DNA of 64,000 nucleotides from Candidatus Aenigmatarchaeota archaeon (GCA_030670085.1 DAOVCJ010000002.1:4975-68974), one strand, 5' to 3'. Positions 1 through 10,876 are shown, counted from the first letter of the stretch. Made by a program: numbers and translations. Notes: generated by a model from the letters alone, not told the origin.

Positions 1-382
1 CCCTTCCCTTTCCAGCGGAAACCCCTTCAACAACTCCTGGAATGTCCAGAACCTGGATCCTAGCTCCCCTGTATTCCAGAACACCCGGTATAACGTTAAG
101 CGTGGTGAAATCGTATTCCCCTATCTTTGAATCCGCCCTGGTTATCCTGTTTAGCAGGGTGGATTTTCCCACTGACGGGAACCCTACAAGCAGGACTGTC
201 GCATCACCTGCCTTCCTTATCCCGTATCCAAGGCCCACCTTCTTTGCGGTTTTTCTTTGCAGGTCCTGCCTGAGCTTTGCAAGCTTCGCTTTCAGTTTTC
301 CTATATGAAACTGCGTGGCCTTGTTGTAGGGGGTTTTCCTTATCTCCTCTTCTATTGCCTTTATCTCCTCTTGGATATCCAT
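1..382 (-). CDS. DRG-family (Obg-like) GTP-binding protein, N-terminal part; 3' end lies before the window start
   Basis: The reverse-complement translation from the ATG at 382 reads [39 protein letters not shown]...[19 protein letters not shown]...DIPGVVEG. It shows a G1 P-loop (GFPSVGKST) and the DRG N-terminal helix. There is no stop before position 1, so it is absent from the ORF track. Confidence 0.75.
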   Translation of the reverse strand, partial: MDIQEEIKAIEEEIRKTPYNKATQFHIGKLKAKLAKLRQDLQRKTAKKVGLGYGIRKAGDATVLLVGFPSVGKSTLLNRITRADSKIGEYDFTTLNVIPGVLEYRGARIQVLDIPGVVEGVSAGKGR

Positions 383-438
383 TTTAATCACTCTGCTAAT
401 CTAATTAGTATTTAAATAAATTAAATGGTGTTTCAAGT

Positions 439-1188
439 ATGCAGAAGGACCAGCATTTTATGACGGATTTGGAGGCCATAAGAGGAATTGTATCAGCTTC
501 GGAAATCAAGAGGAATGAAACGGTTCTGGAGATTGGAGCCGGTAAGGGTTTCCTGACAAGGGAACTCGCGAAAAGAGCGAAAGTTATAGCAATAGAGATT
601 GACAAAGCGCTTGAGAAGGACCTGAAGAAAAATCTGCAGGGACTTGAGGCTGAACTGATTTTTGGTAATGCCCTGAAAATTCTGAAAAAAGAGGAGATAA
701 GGTTTGACAAAATAGTTTCGAACATCCCCTATGCAATATCCGAATCCCTGCTGCAGGAAATGGTTTTTCTAGACTTCAAATCCGCTGTCCTCACCCTTCC
801 AAAATCGTTTGTTGAAAGGTTAGAAGCGAGACCGGGAGACAAAAGATTCAGCAAACTCTCTATCCTTGCCAGGGAGTTTTTCGAGATAAAAACCCTCTTT
901 GCTATTCCAAGGGAAGCATTCCATCCAAAGCCAAAAACGAGATCTGTCGCTGTTTTTCTGAAATCAAGGGACAAAAAATCCCTTTTTTGCAGGGTATTTT
1001 TGCAGAGAAAAATGAAGCTGAAAAACGCTATCATGCGAGGCCTTTTTGAGACCAAAAAATACTCCAAAAACCAGGCAAGAAAACATATAAAAAGCTTAAA
1101 ATTCAATAATCTATTGGAAAAAAACATGTCAGAGATGGACACAGTGGAGCTCAAAACCGTGTGGAAGCGGCTTCAGAAGATACAGTAA
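439..1188 (+). CDS. ksgA: 16S rRNA adenine dimethyltransferase KsgA/Dim1
   Basis: Carries a SAM-binding LEIGAGKGFLTREL and the catalytic NIPY motif (VSNIPYAIS). Length 249 aa. Confidence 0.85.
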   Translation: MQKDQHFMTDLEAIRGIVSASEIKRNETVLEIGAGKGFLTRELAKRAKVIAIEIDKALEKDLKKNLQGLEAELIFGNALKILKKEEIRFDKIVSNIPYAISESLLQEMVFLDFKSAVLTLPKSFVERLEARPGDKRFSKLSILAREFFEIKTLFAIPREAFHPKPKTRSVAVFLKSRDKKSLFCRVFLQRKMKLKNAIMRGLFETKKYSKNQARKHIKSLKFNNLLEKNMSEMDTVELKTVWKRLQKIQ

Positions 1189-1277
1189 ATCTTTCGGAAA
1201 TCATCCGAAAAAGTTCTTCTGAAATTTGAATGAACTATTCCGAAAAACGTGACCCTGAAGCGTGATTGAATGCGAGA

Positions 1278-1307
1278 CCCGACTTGGGTAGACTGAATTA
1301 AGTCGGG
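1278..1307 (+). repeat. Hairpin element copy 1 (CCCGACTT-N14-AAGTCGGG) in the top6B leader
   Basis: Perfect 8-bp stem with a 14-nt loop gggtagactgaatt. The 3' stem runs straight into GGAGG. Confidence 0.8.
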
Positions 1308-1322
1308 AGGCGAAGATTGGAA

Positions 1323-1352
1323 GCCGGCTTGGGGCAATTGAACAAAGCCGGA
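1323..1352 (+). repeat. Hairpin element copy 2 (GCCGGCTT-N14-AAGCCGGa), in tandem 45 nt after copy 1
   Basis: Stem pairs 7 of 8 with a 14-nt loop ggggcaattgaaca. The 3' stem overlaps the GGAGG lying 9 nt before the top6B ATG at 1363. Confidence 0.75.
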
Positions 1353-1362
1353 GGTCGAAGGT

Positions 1363-2955
1363 ATGGAAAAGAGCGCAGAGGAAATGGCGAAAGAGCAGAA
1401 GGAGATTTCGATATCCCAATTTTTCGAGAAGAACCGCCATCTTTTGGGATACGATAACAAGATCAAGGCACTGCTAACTATAGTTAAGGAGGGTGTAGAC
1501 AACGCATTGGACGCAACAGAGGAAGCAGGGATACTTCCAGACATCTACGTCAAGGTTGAGGAGATCGAGAAGGAAAAATACAAGATAGTGATAAAGGATA
1601 ACGGGCCTGGAATAGTCAAGAAGCAGATACCAAACATATTCGGAAAGCTGCTTTACGGAAGCAAGTTTCACAGGCTCAAGCAAAACAGAGGACAGCAGGG
1701 TATTGGAATATCTGGTGGCGTTTTATACTCACAGCTGACAACAGGAAAACCCACCAAGATCATATCCTCAACAGGTGACGGGAAAGACCACAGATTTACC
1801 CTCAAGATAGATGTCAAGCACAATGAGCCAAAGATAGTGGAGAATGAGGTGGTTGAGAGCAAGGAGAAATGGCACGGTGTCCAGATAACCTTTGTTGCAG
1901 AGGGTATTTACAGGGGACACAAGCAATCAGTCATGGAGTACATGAAAGAAGTCGCGATCTCCAATCCCTACGCGAACATAATTTTTGATTCCCCAACAGG
2001 CAGGATAGAATTCGCGAGAGGGGTTGACAAACTCCCTCCCAAGGCAAAGGAGATAAAACCCCATCTTTACGGGATTGAGGTTGGCATACTGGAGAGGATG
2101 AGGAATGAGACCAAGGGCAGGACGGTTCTGACCTTCCTTATGTCAGAGTTCACAAGAGTAGGGAAACTCTCTGCAGAGGAGATATGCAAAAAGGCGGAAA
2201 TAGATTCCAAGATATCTCCCAGGAAGCTCACGCATGATGACGTGGTAAAGATTGTAAACGCAATAAAGGAAGTCAAACTCTCAAGACCGCCAACAGATTG
2301 TCTCTCACCACTAGGCAACACAGCAGTTGAAGAGGGGATGAAGAAGGAACTAAGCCCGGAATTCGTTTCATCGCTTTCAAGGCCCCCGAGTGTTTACAGG
2401 GGCTGGCCGTTCCAGGTTGAGGTCGGGATTGCGTATGGTGGGTTAATAACAGAACCGAATCTCATGAGGTTTGCAAACCGTGTTCCACTGCTTTACCAGT
2501 TAGGTGACTGCGCGATAGCAAAGGCGGTTTCCCAAGTAGACTGGAAGAGATACGGTGTGCCCGGGGACAAGATGCCTGATGCGCCTGTTGTGATATTCGT
2601 TCATTTCGCCTCTGTCTGGGTTCCCTTTACATCAGAATCCAAGGAGGCGATAGCGAACTATCCTGTGATAATAAAGGAGATAAAGCTCGCCCTGCAGGAC
2701 TGTGCAAGAAGACTTGGGTTGTATCTCTCTGGTGTGAGGAGGGCTGAGAGGATAGCTCAGAAGAAACAGATATTTGAAAGGTATGCAATAGACACGGCAA
2801 AGGCACTGGGGGAGCTGACAGGAGAGGCAGAGGAGAAAATCAAGGAAACGATTCTCAAGATTGTTGAAGAGAAATGGAGAGAAATAGTTGCAGAGGAAGG
2901 TGAGGAGAATGAAAAAGAAAACCAAAAAGAAAACAACTCCAAAGGGAAAGGATGA
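1363..2955 (+). CDS. top6B: DNA topoisomerase VI subunit B
   Basis: GHKL/Bergerat ATPase motifs ([11 protein letters not shown], GxxGxG-like GQQGIGISG) and a transducer domain. Length 530 aa, immediately followed by top6A. Confidence 0.9.
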   Translation: MEKSAEEMAKEQKEISISQFFEKNRHLLGYDNKIKALLTIVKEGVDNALDATEEAGILPDIYVKVEEIEKEKYKIVIKDNGPGIVKKQIPNIFGKLLYGSKFHRLKQNRGQQGIGISGGVLYSQLTTGKPTKIISSTGDGKDHRFTLKIDVKHNEPKIVENEVVESKEKWHGVQITFVAEGIYRGHKQSVMEYMKEVAISNPYANIIFDSPTGRIEFARGVDKLPPKAKEIKPHLYGIEVGILERMRNETKGRTVLTFLMSEFTRVGKLSAEEICKKAEIDSKISPRKLTHDDVVKIVNAIKEVKLSRPPTDCLSPLGNTAVEEGMKKELSPEFVSSLSRPPSVYRGWPFQVEVGIAYGGLITEPNLMRFANRVPLLYQLGDCAIAKAVSQVDWKRYGVPGDKMPDAPVVIFVHFASVWVPFTSESKEAIANYPVIIKEIKLALQDCARRLGLYLSGVRRAERIAQKKQIFERYAIDTAKALGELTGEAEEKIKETILKIVEEKWREIVAEEGEENEKENQKENNSKGKG

Positions 2956-4030
2956 GTCGAATGACAGGCTCGTAGGGTTTGGAACAGGTGTGTTGACCCA
3001 GATAAACAAGATGAAAAATCCAGACATAAAACTACCGATCAGAGCGCTTTCGAACATTTATTTCGATGAGAAGCATAAACTGATAAGGCTGGGAGACAAG
3101 GTAAGTCACAGAACGTACCTGAATGTTGCTCACACCAGGAAGTTCATGCAGACCCTGCTGGTAGCTTCTGAATGCAAGAAGATAATAAACCAGAACGTCA
3201 CCACATCCATCAGGGATCTTTATTACGCTCTGAAGCATACAATACCCGGAACGAATGAAAACACCTTTGAAGACCAGTCCGAGTCGGATCCCATACTGGA
3301 GGATTTGGAGGCAGCCCTGAACACCCTGAGAGAGGCCCTTCACCTTCAGGCAGACAGGAAGGGATATGTCGCAGGACATATCATGATAAATGACCGTGGA
3401 GACCGAATAGACTGCGCCAAGATGGGTTCCTCCGGCTGGGCTATCCCATCGAACGTTGAACCAGAGGTCATAAAGTTTGAAAAATGTACGGCAGATTTTG
3501 TTCTGGTGATAGAGAAAGACGCGGTCTGGCAGAGACTGAATGAGGACAAGTTCTGGAGAAAACAGAACTGCCTTATCCTGACCGGAAAGGGACAGCCTGC
3601 AAGGGGAACGAGAAGACTGATAAACAGGCTTCACAAGGAACTAAAGCTCCCAGTCTATGTCCTCACAGATGCAGACCCTTGGGGTTATTATATATACTCT
3701 GTTATAAAACAGGGCTCGATAAACCTGTCGTTCCTTTCTGACAGGCTCGGAACTCCTAATGCCAAGTTCATTGGACTGACTGTCCAGGATGTTGAGAAAT
3801 ACGGCATCACAGAGAACGTTACCATAAAGCTGAACCAGGGCGACGTCAAAAGAACGAATGAGATGCTTAAGTATGTCTGGTTTAAGCCAAAGGAGTGGCA
3901 GAAGGAACTGAGACACATGCTTGAGAAGGGATACAAGCTGGAGCTTGAGGCTCTGTCTTCAAAGGGGATAAAGTTCATAAGCGAGAAGTATCTACCTGAA
4001 AAGATAGCGAAAAAGGAATTCCTACCATGA
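2909..4030 (+). CDS. top6A: DNA topoisomerase VI subunit A (Spo11-like)
   Basis: Toprim/Spo11 motifs ([23 protein letters not shown]). The ATG at 2909 is preceded by GGTGAGGAG; the track ORF starts at TTG 2888. Overlaps top6B by 47 nt. Confidence 0.88.
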   Translation: MKKKTKKKTTPKGKDESNDRLVGFGTGVLTQINKMKNPDIKLPIRALSNIYFDEKHKLIRLGDKVSHRTYLNVAHTRKFMQTLLVASECKKIINQNVTTSIRDLYYALKHTIPGTNENTFEDQSESDPILEDLEAALNTLREALHLQADRKGYVAGHIMINDRGDRIDCAKMGSSGWAIPSNVEPEVIKFEKCTADFVLVIEKDAVWQRLNEDKFWRKQNCLILTGKGQPARGTRRLINRLHKELKLPVYVLTDADPWGYYIYSVIKQGSINLSFLSDRLGTPNAKFIGLTVQDVEKYGITENVTIKLNQGDVKRTNEMLKYVWFKPKEWQKELRHMLEKGYKLELEALSSKGIKFISEKYLPEKIAKKEFLP

Positions 4031-4280
4031 TATTAAACGGTTACGACTGCCCTGTCCTTGCAGAGTGGTTTATCGATGGTTTGGTCTGATACGTGTTTTT
4101 GCCTTAATTTACAGAAACCCAATATAATCTTTCCTTTCTGGTACTTATTCTCCTCCTTCGTGAAGTAGGGACATTTCTTACAACTAAAGACCATGTTTAA
4201 AAATTCTCCTCAAGATTTAAATTGGTTTTTTTGTGTTTTAAGCAAGGCTTTAATATTTATGCGTCTGCCTAATTTAATGT

Positions 4281-6398
4281 ATGGGTTACATCTTGATAAT
4301 ATCCGAGAAGCCGACTGCTGCCAAAAGGATAGCCCATGCCCTTTCAACCGGTGAGTTAAAGAAGCTCGGTAAAAAGGACGCTCCCTATTACAGGATAACC
4401 AGAAAGGGAAAGGATATTATGGTTGTCCCTGCTGTGGGGCACCTATTCGTTCTCGATGAGAAGGAGAAGGGCGCCAAATGGACGTATCCTGTTTTTTCAG
4501 TGGACTGGAAACCCACATTCCAGAAGAAGGAGAACCTATGGTCAAAGAAGTATTACCAGAACATAACCAGCCTTGCGAAAAAGGCGAATGAGTTCATTTC
4601 TGCATGCGATTATGATGTTGAGGGAAGCGTGATAGCGTACAACATACTGAGGTTTATTTGCGGTGTGAAAGATGGAAAACGAATGAAGTTCTCCACCCTC
4701 ACCCCACCGGACCTTGTGGAGGCGTATGAAAACGCTTCGCCACATCTGGACTTCCCGCAGATTGAAGCAGGAATCACAAGGCATTACATGGACTGGTATT
4801 TCGGGATAAACATGAGCAGGGCCCTTACACTGTCAGTGGAGCATGTGGGTGGTTTCTGGACCCTGTCAACCGGACGGGTTCAGGGCCCGACCCTGAATAT
4901 ACTAGAAGAAAGACAAAAAGAGATAATGAGATTCAAACCAGTCCCCTTCTGGCAGCTTGAGCTGCATGGCGTTCTTGATGGGAAGACTATTATAGCCCTT
5001 CACGAAAAAGACAAGTTCTGGAAAAAAGAGGAAGTAGAAAATGCAATGGAAAGATGTAAGGGCAAAGACGGGGTTGTTGACAAGGTTGAAAAAAGGGAGC
5101 ACAAACAATATCCACCGTTCCCATTCGACCTCACAACCCTGCAGAGGGAGTCCTACAACCATTTCGGCTACTCCCCCAAGCAGACCCTGGACATGGTTCA
5201 GGGACTCTACGAACATGCCCTGATATCCTACCCTAGAACATCTAGCCAGAAGCTTCCGGCAAAGATCGGTTACAAAAACATACTGAAAAAGCTGTCAGGC
5301 CAGAAAAGGTATGAAGAGTTGTGTGAAAAACTGCTGGGAAGGAAATTCCTAAGACCAAATGAGGGGAAGAAGGAGGATCCCGCGCACCCTGCAATATTCC
5401 CCACAGGGAACAAACCAAAGAGAATTAACCGATATCAAATGAAGGTTTACGACATGATTGTTAAAAGATTCCTTGCTGTCTTTGCTGATCCGGCGGTGAG
5501 GGAACAGGTAAGGGTGGAGATAAGGGTTGATGGTGAGATGTTTCTCGCGCATGGTATTAGGACTCTGAAATCAAACTGGATTGAGTTCTACAAGCCCTAC
5601 GCCATTTTCAAGGAGGAGATTCTCCCAGAGGTTTCAAAGGGCGACAAGGTTAAGGTTGATGAAATTCTGATGCTTGACAAGGAAACAGAACCCCCGAACA
5701 GATACAGCCAGGCATCGATTCTGAAGGAGATGGAGAACCTGAACCTGGGGACAAAGGCCACCAGAGCGCATATATTGCAAACGCTTTACGACAGGGGGTA
5801 TATAAGGGAGAGATCCATCCAGGTCACTGAGCTTGGCGAGGCTGTGGTTAGCGCATTGGGAAAATACTGCCCGGAAATCGTATCAGCGGATCTTACAAAG
5901 AAGTTCGAGAGTGATATGGAACTGGTTGAGAACGGTAAGAAGAAAAGGGCGGAGATTCTGGAGGATGTTGAGAAAGAGCTTGTCAAGATACTTTCCAATT
6001 TCAAGGAGCATGAGAAGCATATAGGTGAGGAGATACTTAAGGCGATAAAGGATTATGAAAGGGAGATTCACACCGTCGGGAAATGCGACAAGTGCGGCGG
6101 CGAACTCAGAATCATTCATTCCCACAGGACAGGCAAGAGATTCGTGGGCTGCTCCAGTTACCCGAAATGCACCAACTCGTTCCCACTGCCACAGCACGGT
6201 TATATTGAAGTCATATCTAGGAAATGTTCCAACTGCGGCCTGGGTCTAATCCAGGTTAAAGCAAAGGGAAAGAGACCCTGGAGGTTCTGCATAAAGTGCG
6301 GCTTCGAGAACAAGATCAAGAAAAAATCAGGCGGCAAGAAAAAAGAAGAGCTCAAGAAGGAACCTGAAAAAGACGTTAAAAAGAAAGAGGAGAAATAA
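4281..6398 (+). CDS. topA: Type IA DNA topoisomerase (archaeal TopA/Topo III-like) with C-terminal zinc ribbons
   Basis: N-terminal Toprim (ILIISEKPTAAKRIA, VPAVGHLF), a Topo IA core, and two C4 zinc-ribbon motifs (CDKCGG...CSSYPKC; CSNCG...CIKCG). K/E-rich tail. Confidence 0.85.
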   Translation: MGYILIISEKPTAAKRIAHALSTGELKKLGKKDAPYYRITRKGKDIMVVPAVGHLFVLDEKEKGAKWTYPVFSVDWKPTFQKKENLWSKKYYQNITSLAKKANEFISACDYDVEGSVIAYNILRFICGVKDGKRMKFSTLTPPDLVEAYENASPHLDFPQIEAGITRHYMDWYFGINMSRALTLSVEHVGGFWTLSTGRVQGPTLNILEERQKEIMRFKPVPFWQLELHGVLDGKTIIALHEKDKFWKKEEVENAMERCKGKDGVVDKVEKREHKQYPPFPFDLTTLQRESYNHFGYSPKQTLDMVQGLYEHALISYPRTSSQKLPAKIGYKNILKKLSGQKRYEELCEKLLGRKFLRPNEGKKEDPAHPAIFPTGNKPKRINRYQMKVYDMIVKRFLAVFADPAVREQVRVEIRVDGEMFLAHGIRTLKSNWIEFYKPYAIFKEEILPEVSKGDKVKVDEILMLDKETEPPNRYSQASILKEMENLNLGTKATRAHILQTLYDRGYIRERSIQVTELGEAVVSALGKYCPEIVSADLTKKFESDMELVENGKKKRAEILEDVEKELVKILSNFKEHEKHIGEEILKAIKDYEREIHTVGKCDKCGGELRIIHSHRTGKRFVGCSSYPKCTNSFPLPQHGYIEVISRKCSNCGLGLIQVKAKGKRPWRFCIKCGFENKIKKKSGGKKKEELKKEPEKDVKKKEEK

Positions 6399-6403
6399 TA
6401 ATT

Positions 6404-6787
6404 ATGGAAGAGGAAATCAGAAAGGAGGAACCCAGACCAGAAGAGAAAAAGGAAGAGCCAGAAGAAGCGAAAGAAGAAAAGAAAGAAGAGACCGAGGAAA
6501 AACCAAAGGAAGAAAAACCAAAAGAAATAGTGGAAAGGAAACCCTGGACAAGGTGGACGATGGAAGAGAGAAAAGAACACTTGAAGAAGAGGAGACATGG
6601 TCCAAGGGAAAGATGGTTTGTTCTGCTTTTCTTCTCAATCCTGTTCATTGTATTCCTATCAGCACTGTCCTATTCAATAGTTTACCAGATGGACCCATCC
6701 CTAATAGTAACACTGATTGCAGTCGTTGTTATAATATCCATAGTGGGTATTTTCTACACACAGAACATATGGTATAGAACAGAGTAA
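6404..6787 (+). CDS. Hypothetical protein with an E/K-rich N-terminus and a C-terminal transmembrane region
   Basis: ORF of 127 aa. Low-complexity EEK repeats are followed by two hydrophobic helices. No recognisable domain. Confidence 0.35.
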   Translation: MEEEIRKEEPRPEEKKEEPEEAKEEKKEETEEKPKEEKPKEIVERKPWTRWTMEERKEHLKKRRHGPRERWFVLLFFSILFIVFLSALSYSIVYQMDPSLIVTLIAVVVIISIVGIFYTQNIWYRTE

Positions 6788-6835
6788 TCAGGAATAAAAA
6801 ACTAGGGAATGAAGCGTTCCGCTATTCCGGTAGAA

Positions 6836-7822
6836 TCAGGCACCCTGCTGGGACTCAAGAAAGACTTCCTTTATTTCTATTGGTTCCACTTTCCTGGACC
6901 TGAGACCCTTCCTTATAATAACGAGCCTCTTCCTAGGACCTGGTACAGATCCCGAGAGGAGCAGGTAATCACCCTTTACCAAACCATAGTTCAGCCATCC
7001 ACCCTTGGGATTGATTCCTCCAGAGCCAGTCTTCATAACCATTTTGTTGAACTCCGTCCGGGTCTGGAAACCGAGCTGTCCTGCCATGGCTATCTTCCCA
7101 GGAAGCACCCTTGCCACTCCCCTCACACCGATAACACCGGTATGCCTTCTTTTCCCCTTGTTTTTCCTAGACCTTATTATAACTCCGAACCTCTTGACAG
7201 GGCCCTGGTAACCCTTTCCCTTGTCCACCGCAGAAACATCAATCCATTCCCCGTTCTTGAAGACATCAGAGACCCTTATCTCATCACCAAGCTTCTGCTT
7301 TGCATACTCCCATTTCTTTTTAACATCACCACCCAGACCTAGCTCAAACAACTCTAGTTTTTTCTTCCCTATGCCAGATTCTCTCGGCTGGGTGTGAACA
7401 AGCAACCTTATGTCCGCAACTTTTTCTATCTGCCCTTCAAGGGATTGAATCTTAGTTTTGGGGTCTGTCTTTTTAGGTACCTTTGTTTTCCTGTCAAGGT
7501 CTTTGGAAAGTTTCTCTGCCCAGATGGTCTCAATCCTTTTCAGACCCTCGGATTTTCTGTAAACATGTATTGCGCAAACCCTAAGTGAGGGACAATCCAG
7601 AACCGTTACAGGTTTGACAATCTCCTCACCCTCTGTTGTAGAATCCTTTCTCTGATTAACAAAAACGAGTCTGGTCATGCCTGCCTTGTAACCAGCAAAC
7701 GCCAACGGCAGGGCTTCCTCAATCTTTAATGCCCTGGTCTTGACCCTGGGATAGATTCTCTTGGCTCTCTTTTTTGGCCAGTATGCCCTTGAACCAGCAA
7801 CGGGTTTGTGATGCTTTGCCAT
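6836..7822 (-). CDS. rpl3: 50S ribosomal protein L3 (uL3)
   Basis: Typical archaeal L3 N-terminus MAKHHKPVAGSRAYWPKKRAKR. Length 328 aa. Confidence 0.9.
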   Translation of the reverse strand: MAKHHKPVAGSRAYWPKKRAKRIYPRVKTRALKIEEALPLAFAGYKAGMTRLVFVNQRKDSTTEGEEIVKPVTVLDCPSLRVCAIHVYRKSEGLKRIETIWAEKLSKDLDRKTKVPKKTDPKTKIQSLEGQIEKVADIRLLVHTQPRESGIGKKKLELFELGLGGDVKKKWEYAKQKLGDEIRVSDVFKNGEWIDVSAVDKGKGYQGPVKRFGVIIRSRKNKGKRRHTGVIGVRGVARVLPGKIAMAGQLGFQTRTEFNKMVMKTGSGGINPKGGWLNYGLVKGDYLLLSGSVPGPRKRLVIIRKGLRSRKVEPIEIKEVFLESQQGA

Positions 7823-7831
7823 GAGATCACC

Positions 7832-8242
7832 CTAAACCCTTCTCCCTCTCCTCCCACCTGGTTTTCTTGTCGTGTCGTGCGGGATCGGGGTTACATCCTC
7901 AATTTTCCCTATCCTGAGACCAGACCTTACCAGAGAACGTATGGCTGGCTGAACGCCCTGCCCGGGCATTTTCTTCTTGTGACCCCCTGGTGCTCGGATC
8001 TTCAGATGGACACCCACAAGACCCCTGGACAATGCCTCGGACGCGGCCCTTCTTGCAGCATGCATTGCAGGGAAGGGCATTCCCTTGTCCTTGTCTCTGT
8101 TGGTGACCATTCCACCGGAAAACCTGGCAATAGTCTCAGCTCCTGTTACGTCAGTGATGTGGATTATGGTGTTGTTCTCAGATGAATAGACATGAGCAAC
8201 ACCCCACATATCCCTTTTCCTCTGCATTTCTGAAGCCATCAT
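7832..8242 (-). CDS. rps11: 30S ribosomal protein S11 (uS11)
   Basis: S11 signature [13 protein letters not shown]...HLKIRAPGG. Confidence 0.9.
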   Translation of the reverse strand: MMASEMQRKRDMWGVAHVYSSENNTIIHITDVTGAETIARFSGGMVTNRDKDKGMPFPAMHAARRAASEALSRGLVGVHLKIRAPGGHKKKMPGQGVQPAIRSLVRSGLRIGKIEDVTPIPHDTTRKPGGRRGRRV

Positions 8243-8703
8243 TTACCACTCTCTTTACTCATCTTTATCCTCTTCTCCTCCTCTAAAGGAACAAGGTATG
8301 AAGGGAAAACAACCCTCCTCCCATCCACAGAAACATGACCATGAACAATCATTTGTCTGGCCTGATTTATCGACTTTGCCAATCCCTTTCTAAAAATAAC
8401 TGTCTGTAACCTCCTCTCAAGCACATCATTAACAGTTAATGCCAGGACATCATCAAGGTCCATTCTCTTTGAAAGGAAACCGAATCTTGAAAGCTTACCC
8501 AAAAGGACTCTCTCCTGATCCTCATCCTCTGATGCAATCAGGTCTCTGGCTCTCCTCCTGAAACCCCTCAGTGCCTCTTCTGCCTTCCAGAGTTCTCTTT
8601 TTCTCCTCAACCCATAGTTATTGAGTAGGGTTTTCTCATCCTTTATTCTAGCCAGATCCCAAGCCTTCTTCGGCCGCTTGAAGGTCTTTCTTATCCTTCT
8701 CAT
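8239..8703 (-). CDS. rps4: 30S ribosomal protein S4 (uS4)
   Basis: Start placed at the internal Met [16 protein letters not shown], just downstream of the S13 stop. Carries the S4 domain. Confidence 0.85.
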   Translation of the reverse strand: MRRIRKTFKRPKKAWDLARIKDEKTLLNNYGLRRKRELWKAEEALRGFRRRARDLIASEDEDQERVLLGKLSRFGFLSKRMDLDDVLALTVNDVLERRLQTVIFRKGLAKSINQARQMIVHGHVSVDGRRVVFPSYLVPLEEEKRIKMSKESGK

Positions 8704-8707
8704 ACAA

Positions 8708-9253
8708 TCACTTCTTTTTGGATTTTGCAGGCTGCCTCTTCTTCTTTGAAACCCCAACTGTCTTTCCCCCGCTTCCGGAACCTGTTCTCTGGCCGCGGAC
8801 GGGTAGACCAAGTATGTGCCTTACCCCTCTGTAGGATTTCAGTTTCTTCATTTCATTTATGTCCATTTTGTGGGCAAGCTCCAGCTTGGATACGCTCAGG
8901 TGCATGTCCCTGCCTGTTACAGGGTCCCTCTTCCTGTTGTAAAGCCAGGAAGGTATTCCAAACTTCTCGGGATTTAGTATAATCTCCTCTAATCCCTGCA
9001 TCTCCTGTTCTGAGAGCTCTCCAAGCTTCTTGTCACCAAACCCGGTCATTTTTGAAACAGCGTTGCTGAACATGAAAGACACACCCCTTATACTTCTTAT
9101 CGCTACCTTTACTGGTTTTCCACCATCAAGGTTGGTTTCAACCAGCCTTATGATATCCTGCACCCTCTTCTCCTTTTTCTCAGCCTCCTCGGGCTTCTTA
9201 CCTTTGGGAATTTCTTTCCCCTTCTCTGCATGGGCATGCTTTTTCTTTTCCAT
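8708..9253 (-). CDS. rps13: 30S ribosomal protein S13 (uS13) with a K/E-rich N-terminal extension
   Basis: S13 core IIRLVETNLDGGKPVKVAIRSIRGV, preceded by an N-terminal extension of about 28 aa. Confidence 0.88.
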   Translation of the reverse strand: MEKKKHAHAEKGKEIPKGKKPEEAEKKEKRVQDIIRLVETNLDGGKPVKVAIRSIRGVSFMFSNAVSKMTGFGDKKLGELSEQEMQGLEEIILNPEKFGIPSWLYNRKRDPVTGRDMHLSVSKLELAHKMDINEMKKLKSYRGVRHILGLPVRGQRTGSGSGGKTVGVSKKKRQPAKSKKK

Positions 9254-9299
9254 GAAATCACTAATAGTTACTAGTATATGTAAAAGGTATTTAAATTAA

Positions 9300-10076
9300 T
9301 TAAAACTCGCCTCTTTTGCTGAAGAACTTCTCATATTCCAGCGCAGTTTTTTCATAATCCTGTATAAAATTCTCATAGCTCTTTATCATCTTCTGGTCAG
9401 TGAGTCTTGTGACTGGTTCTGATCTTAGCTTCTCAATCCTGTCCCTGAATTTTTTGATTATGCTTTCGCACATCTTTGTCTCGAATTCATAGATATTTCT
9501 TACAAGTCTGGATTTCCTTTTCCTCCAAGTAGAGATTAGAATCGAGTCTATCTCAGGCTCAGAACCAGGCTCATATGACTTTATCTTGATATCCGTTATG
9601 AGCTTCCTAAGTTTAAGCTTCTCCCTTTTGTTAAGTATCAGTTTTTTCGCTCTCTTCAGAGTAAGGGAATCAAAGTACGCGAAAAGCTCGCTCACTACAT
9701 CGAACCTGGTCATGACATACCAGAGCAGTCCCAGGAAGAAGATATAGTAGTTTATGTAAATGATGGAGTCTATTAGAAATTTCTCTATAAGAATATTGTA
9801 AGACCAAAGAACCAGGGTCATCCCTGATGTTAACACTGTTAGTAAGGCATGAGACACCATATACCCAGAAGACTGAATCACTACGAATTTCTTCATCTTC
9901 TTTTCCATAAACAATGCAACATACCAGCTTATTCCGGAATGCAGAATGTAGAACATTATGAAGTATAAGTAGTATGGGAACCCGAATATGATTGCTACTG
10001 TGAAGCTGAATATCCCCATGCAAAAATAGTAGTAATGGATTATCTGGAAATACTTAACACCAATATAGATGTTCAT
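9300..10076 (-). CDS. Hypothetical membrane protein, paralog A (four TM helices plus a C-terminal coiled soluble domain)
   Basis: 258 aa in a low-GC insert. About 75% amino-acid identity to the adjacent paralog B. Confidence 0.5.
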   Translation of the reverse strand: MNIYIGVKYFQIIHYYYFCMGIFSFTVAIIFGFPYYLYFIMFYILHSGISWYVALFMEKKMKKFVVIQSSGYMVSHALLTVLTSGMTLVLWSYNILIEKFLIDSIIYINYYIFFLGLLWYVMTRFDVVSELFAYFDSLTLKRAKKLILNKREKLKLRKLITDIKIKSYEPGSEPEIDSILISTWRKRKSRLVRNIYEFETKMCESIIKKFRDRIEKLRSEPVTRLTDQKMIKSYENFIQDYEKTALEYEKFFSKRGEF

Positions 10077-10102
10077 ATAATTTTATAGGGATTCCTGATT
10101 TA

Positions 10103-10876
10103 TCAATAGTTCTTTTTGCTGAAGAACTTTTCATATCCCAGCGCAGTCCTTTCATAATCCTGTATAAACTTTTCATAACTCTTTATCATCTTCTGGTCAG
10201 TGAGGGTCAGATCTGGTTTTGATCTTATTTTCTCAATACTCTCCCTGAATTTCTCGATTATCTTCTCGCACATCTTTGTCTCGAATTCATAGATATTTCT
10301 CTCGATGTTTGACTTTCTTTCCCTCCATGCAGATATCAGAATCGAGTCTATCTCAGGTTCAGAACCAGGTTCATAGGACTCTATTTTGAGATCAGTAATG
10401 AGCTTTCTAAGACCAAGCTCCTCCCTTTTGTTAAGTATCAGTTTTTTCGCTCTCTTCAGAGTAAGGGAATCAAAGTACTCGAAGAGTCCACCCACTAAAT
10501 TGAACTTGGTCATGGTATACCAGAGCAGTCCCAGGAAGAACACGAAGTAGTTTATCTGAATAATAGAGTCTATTAAAAACCTCTCTATAAATACCTGGTA
10601 ATACCACAGAAACAGGGTCAGCCCTGCTGTTAAGAATGTTAATAAAATATGGGACACCATATAGCTATTGGATTGTATCACCACGAATTTCTTCATCTTC
10701 CTTTCCATAAAATATGCGACGTACCAGCTTATTGCAGAATGGATGATGCAGAAGATTATGAAGAATATGGAGTAGGGGAACCCGAATATGATCGCTGCCG
10801 TGAAGCTGAATATCCCCATGCAGAAATAGTAGTAATGAATCATCTGAAAATACTCAACACCAATATAGAGACCCAT
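10103..10876 (-). CDS. Hypothetical membrane protein, paralog B (tandem duplicate of 9300..10076)
   Basis: 257 aa. Long identical DNA runs with paralog A, for example gttaagtatcagttttttcgctctcttcagagtaagggaatcaaagtac. Confidence 0.5.
   Translation of the reverse strand: MGLYIGVEYFQMIHYYYFCMGIFSFTAAIIFGFPYSIFFIIFCIIHSAISWYVAYFMERKMKKFVVIQSNSYMVSHILLTFLTAGLTLFLWYYQVFIERFLIDSIIQINYFVFFLGLLWYTMTKFNLVGGLFEYFDSLTLKRAKKLILNKREELGLRKLITDLKIESYEPGSEPEIDSILISAWRERKSNIERNIYEFETKMCEKIIEKFRESIEKIRSKPDLTLTDQKMIKSYEKFIQDYERTALGYEKFFSKKNY

Noticed and set aside
42-308. 88-aa plus-strand ORF at the window start
   Set aside because: The opposite strand encodes a clear DRG-family GTPase N-terminus (P-loop GFPSVGKST). 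The plus-strand ORF has no features.
1278-1352. Hairpins read as intrinsic terminators
   Set aside because: There is no downstream T-run. They sit immediately upstream of start codons and not after stops.
2888-2908. TTG start for top6A given by the ORF track
   Set aside because: An in-frame ATG at 2909 is preceded by GGTGAGGAG at proper spacing. The TTG extension is likely untranslated.
3032-3634. 200-aa minus-strand ORF inside top6A
   Set aside because: It is antisense to a strongly supported topo VI A coding region and carries no motifs.
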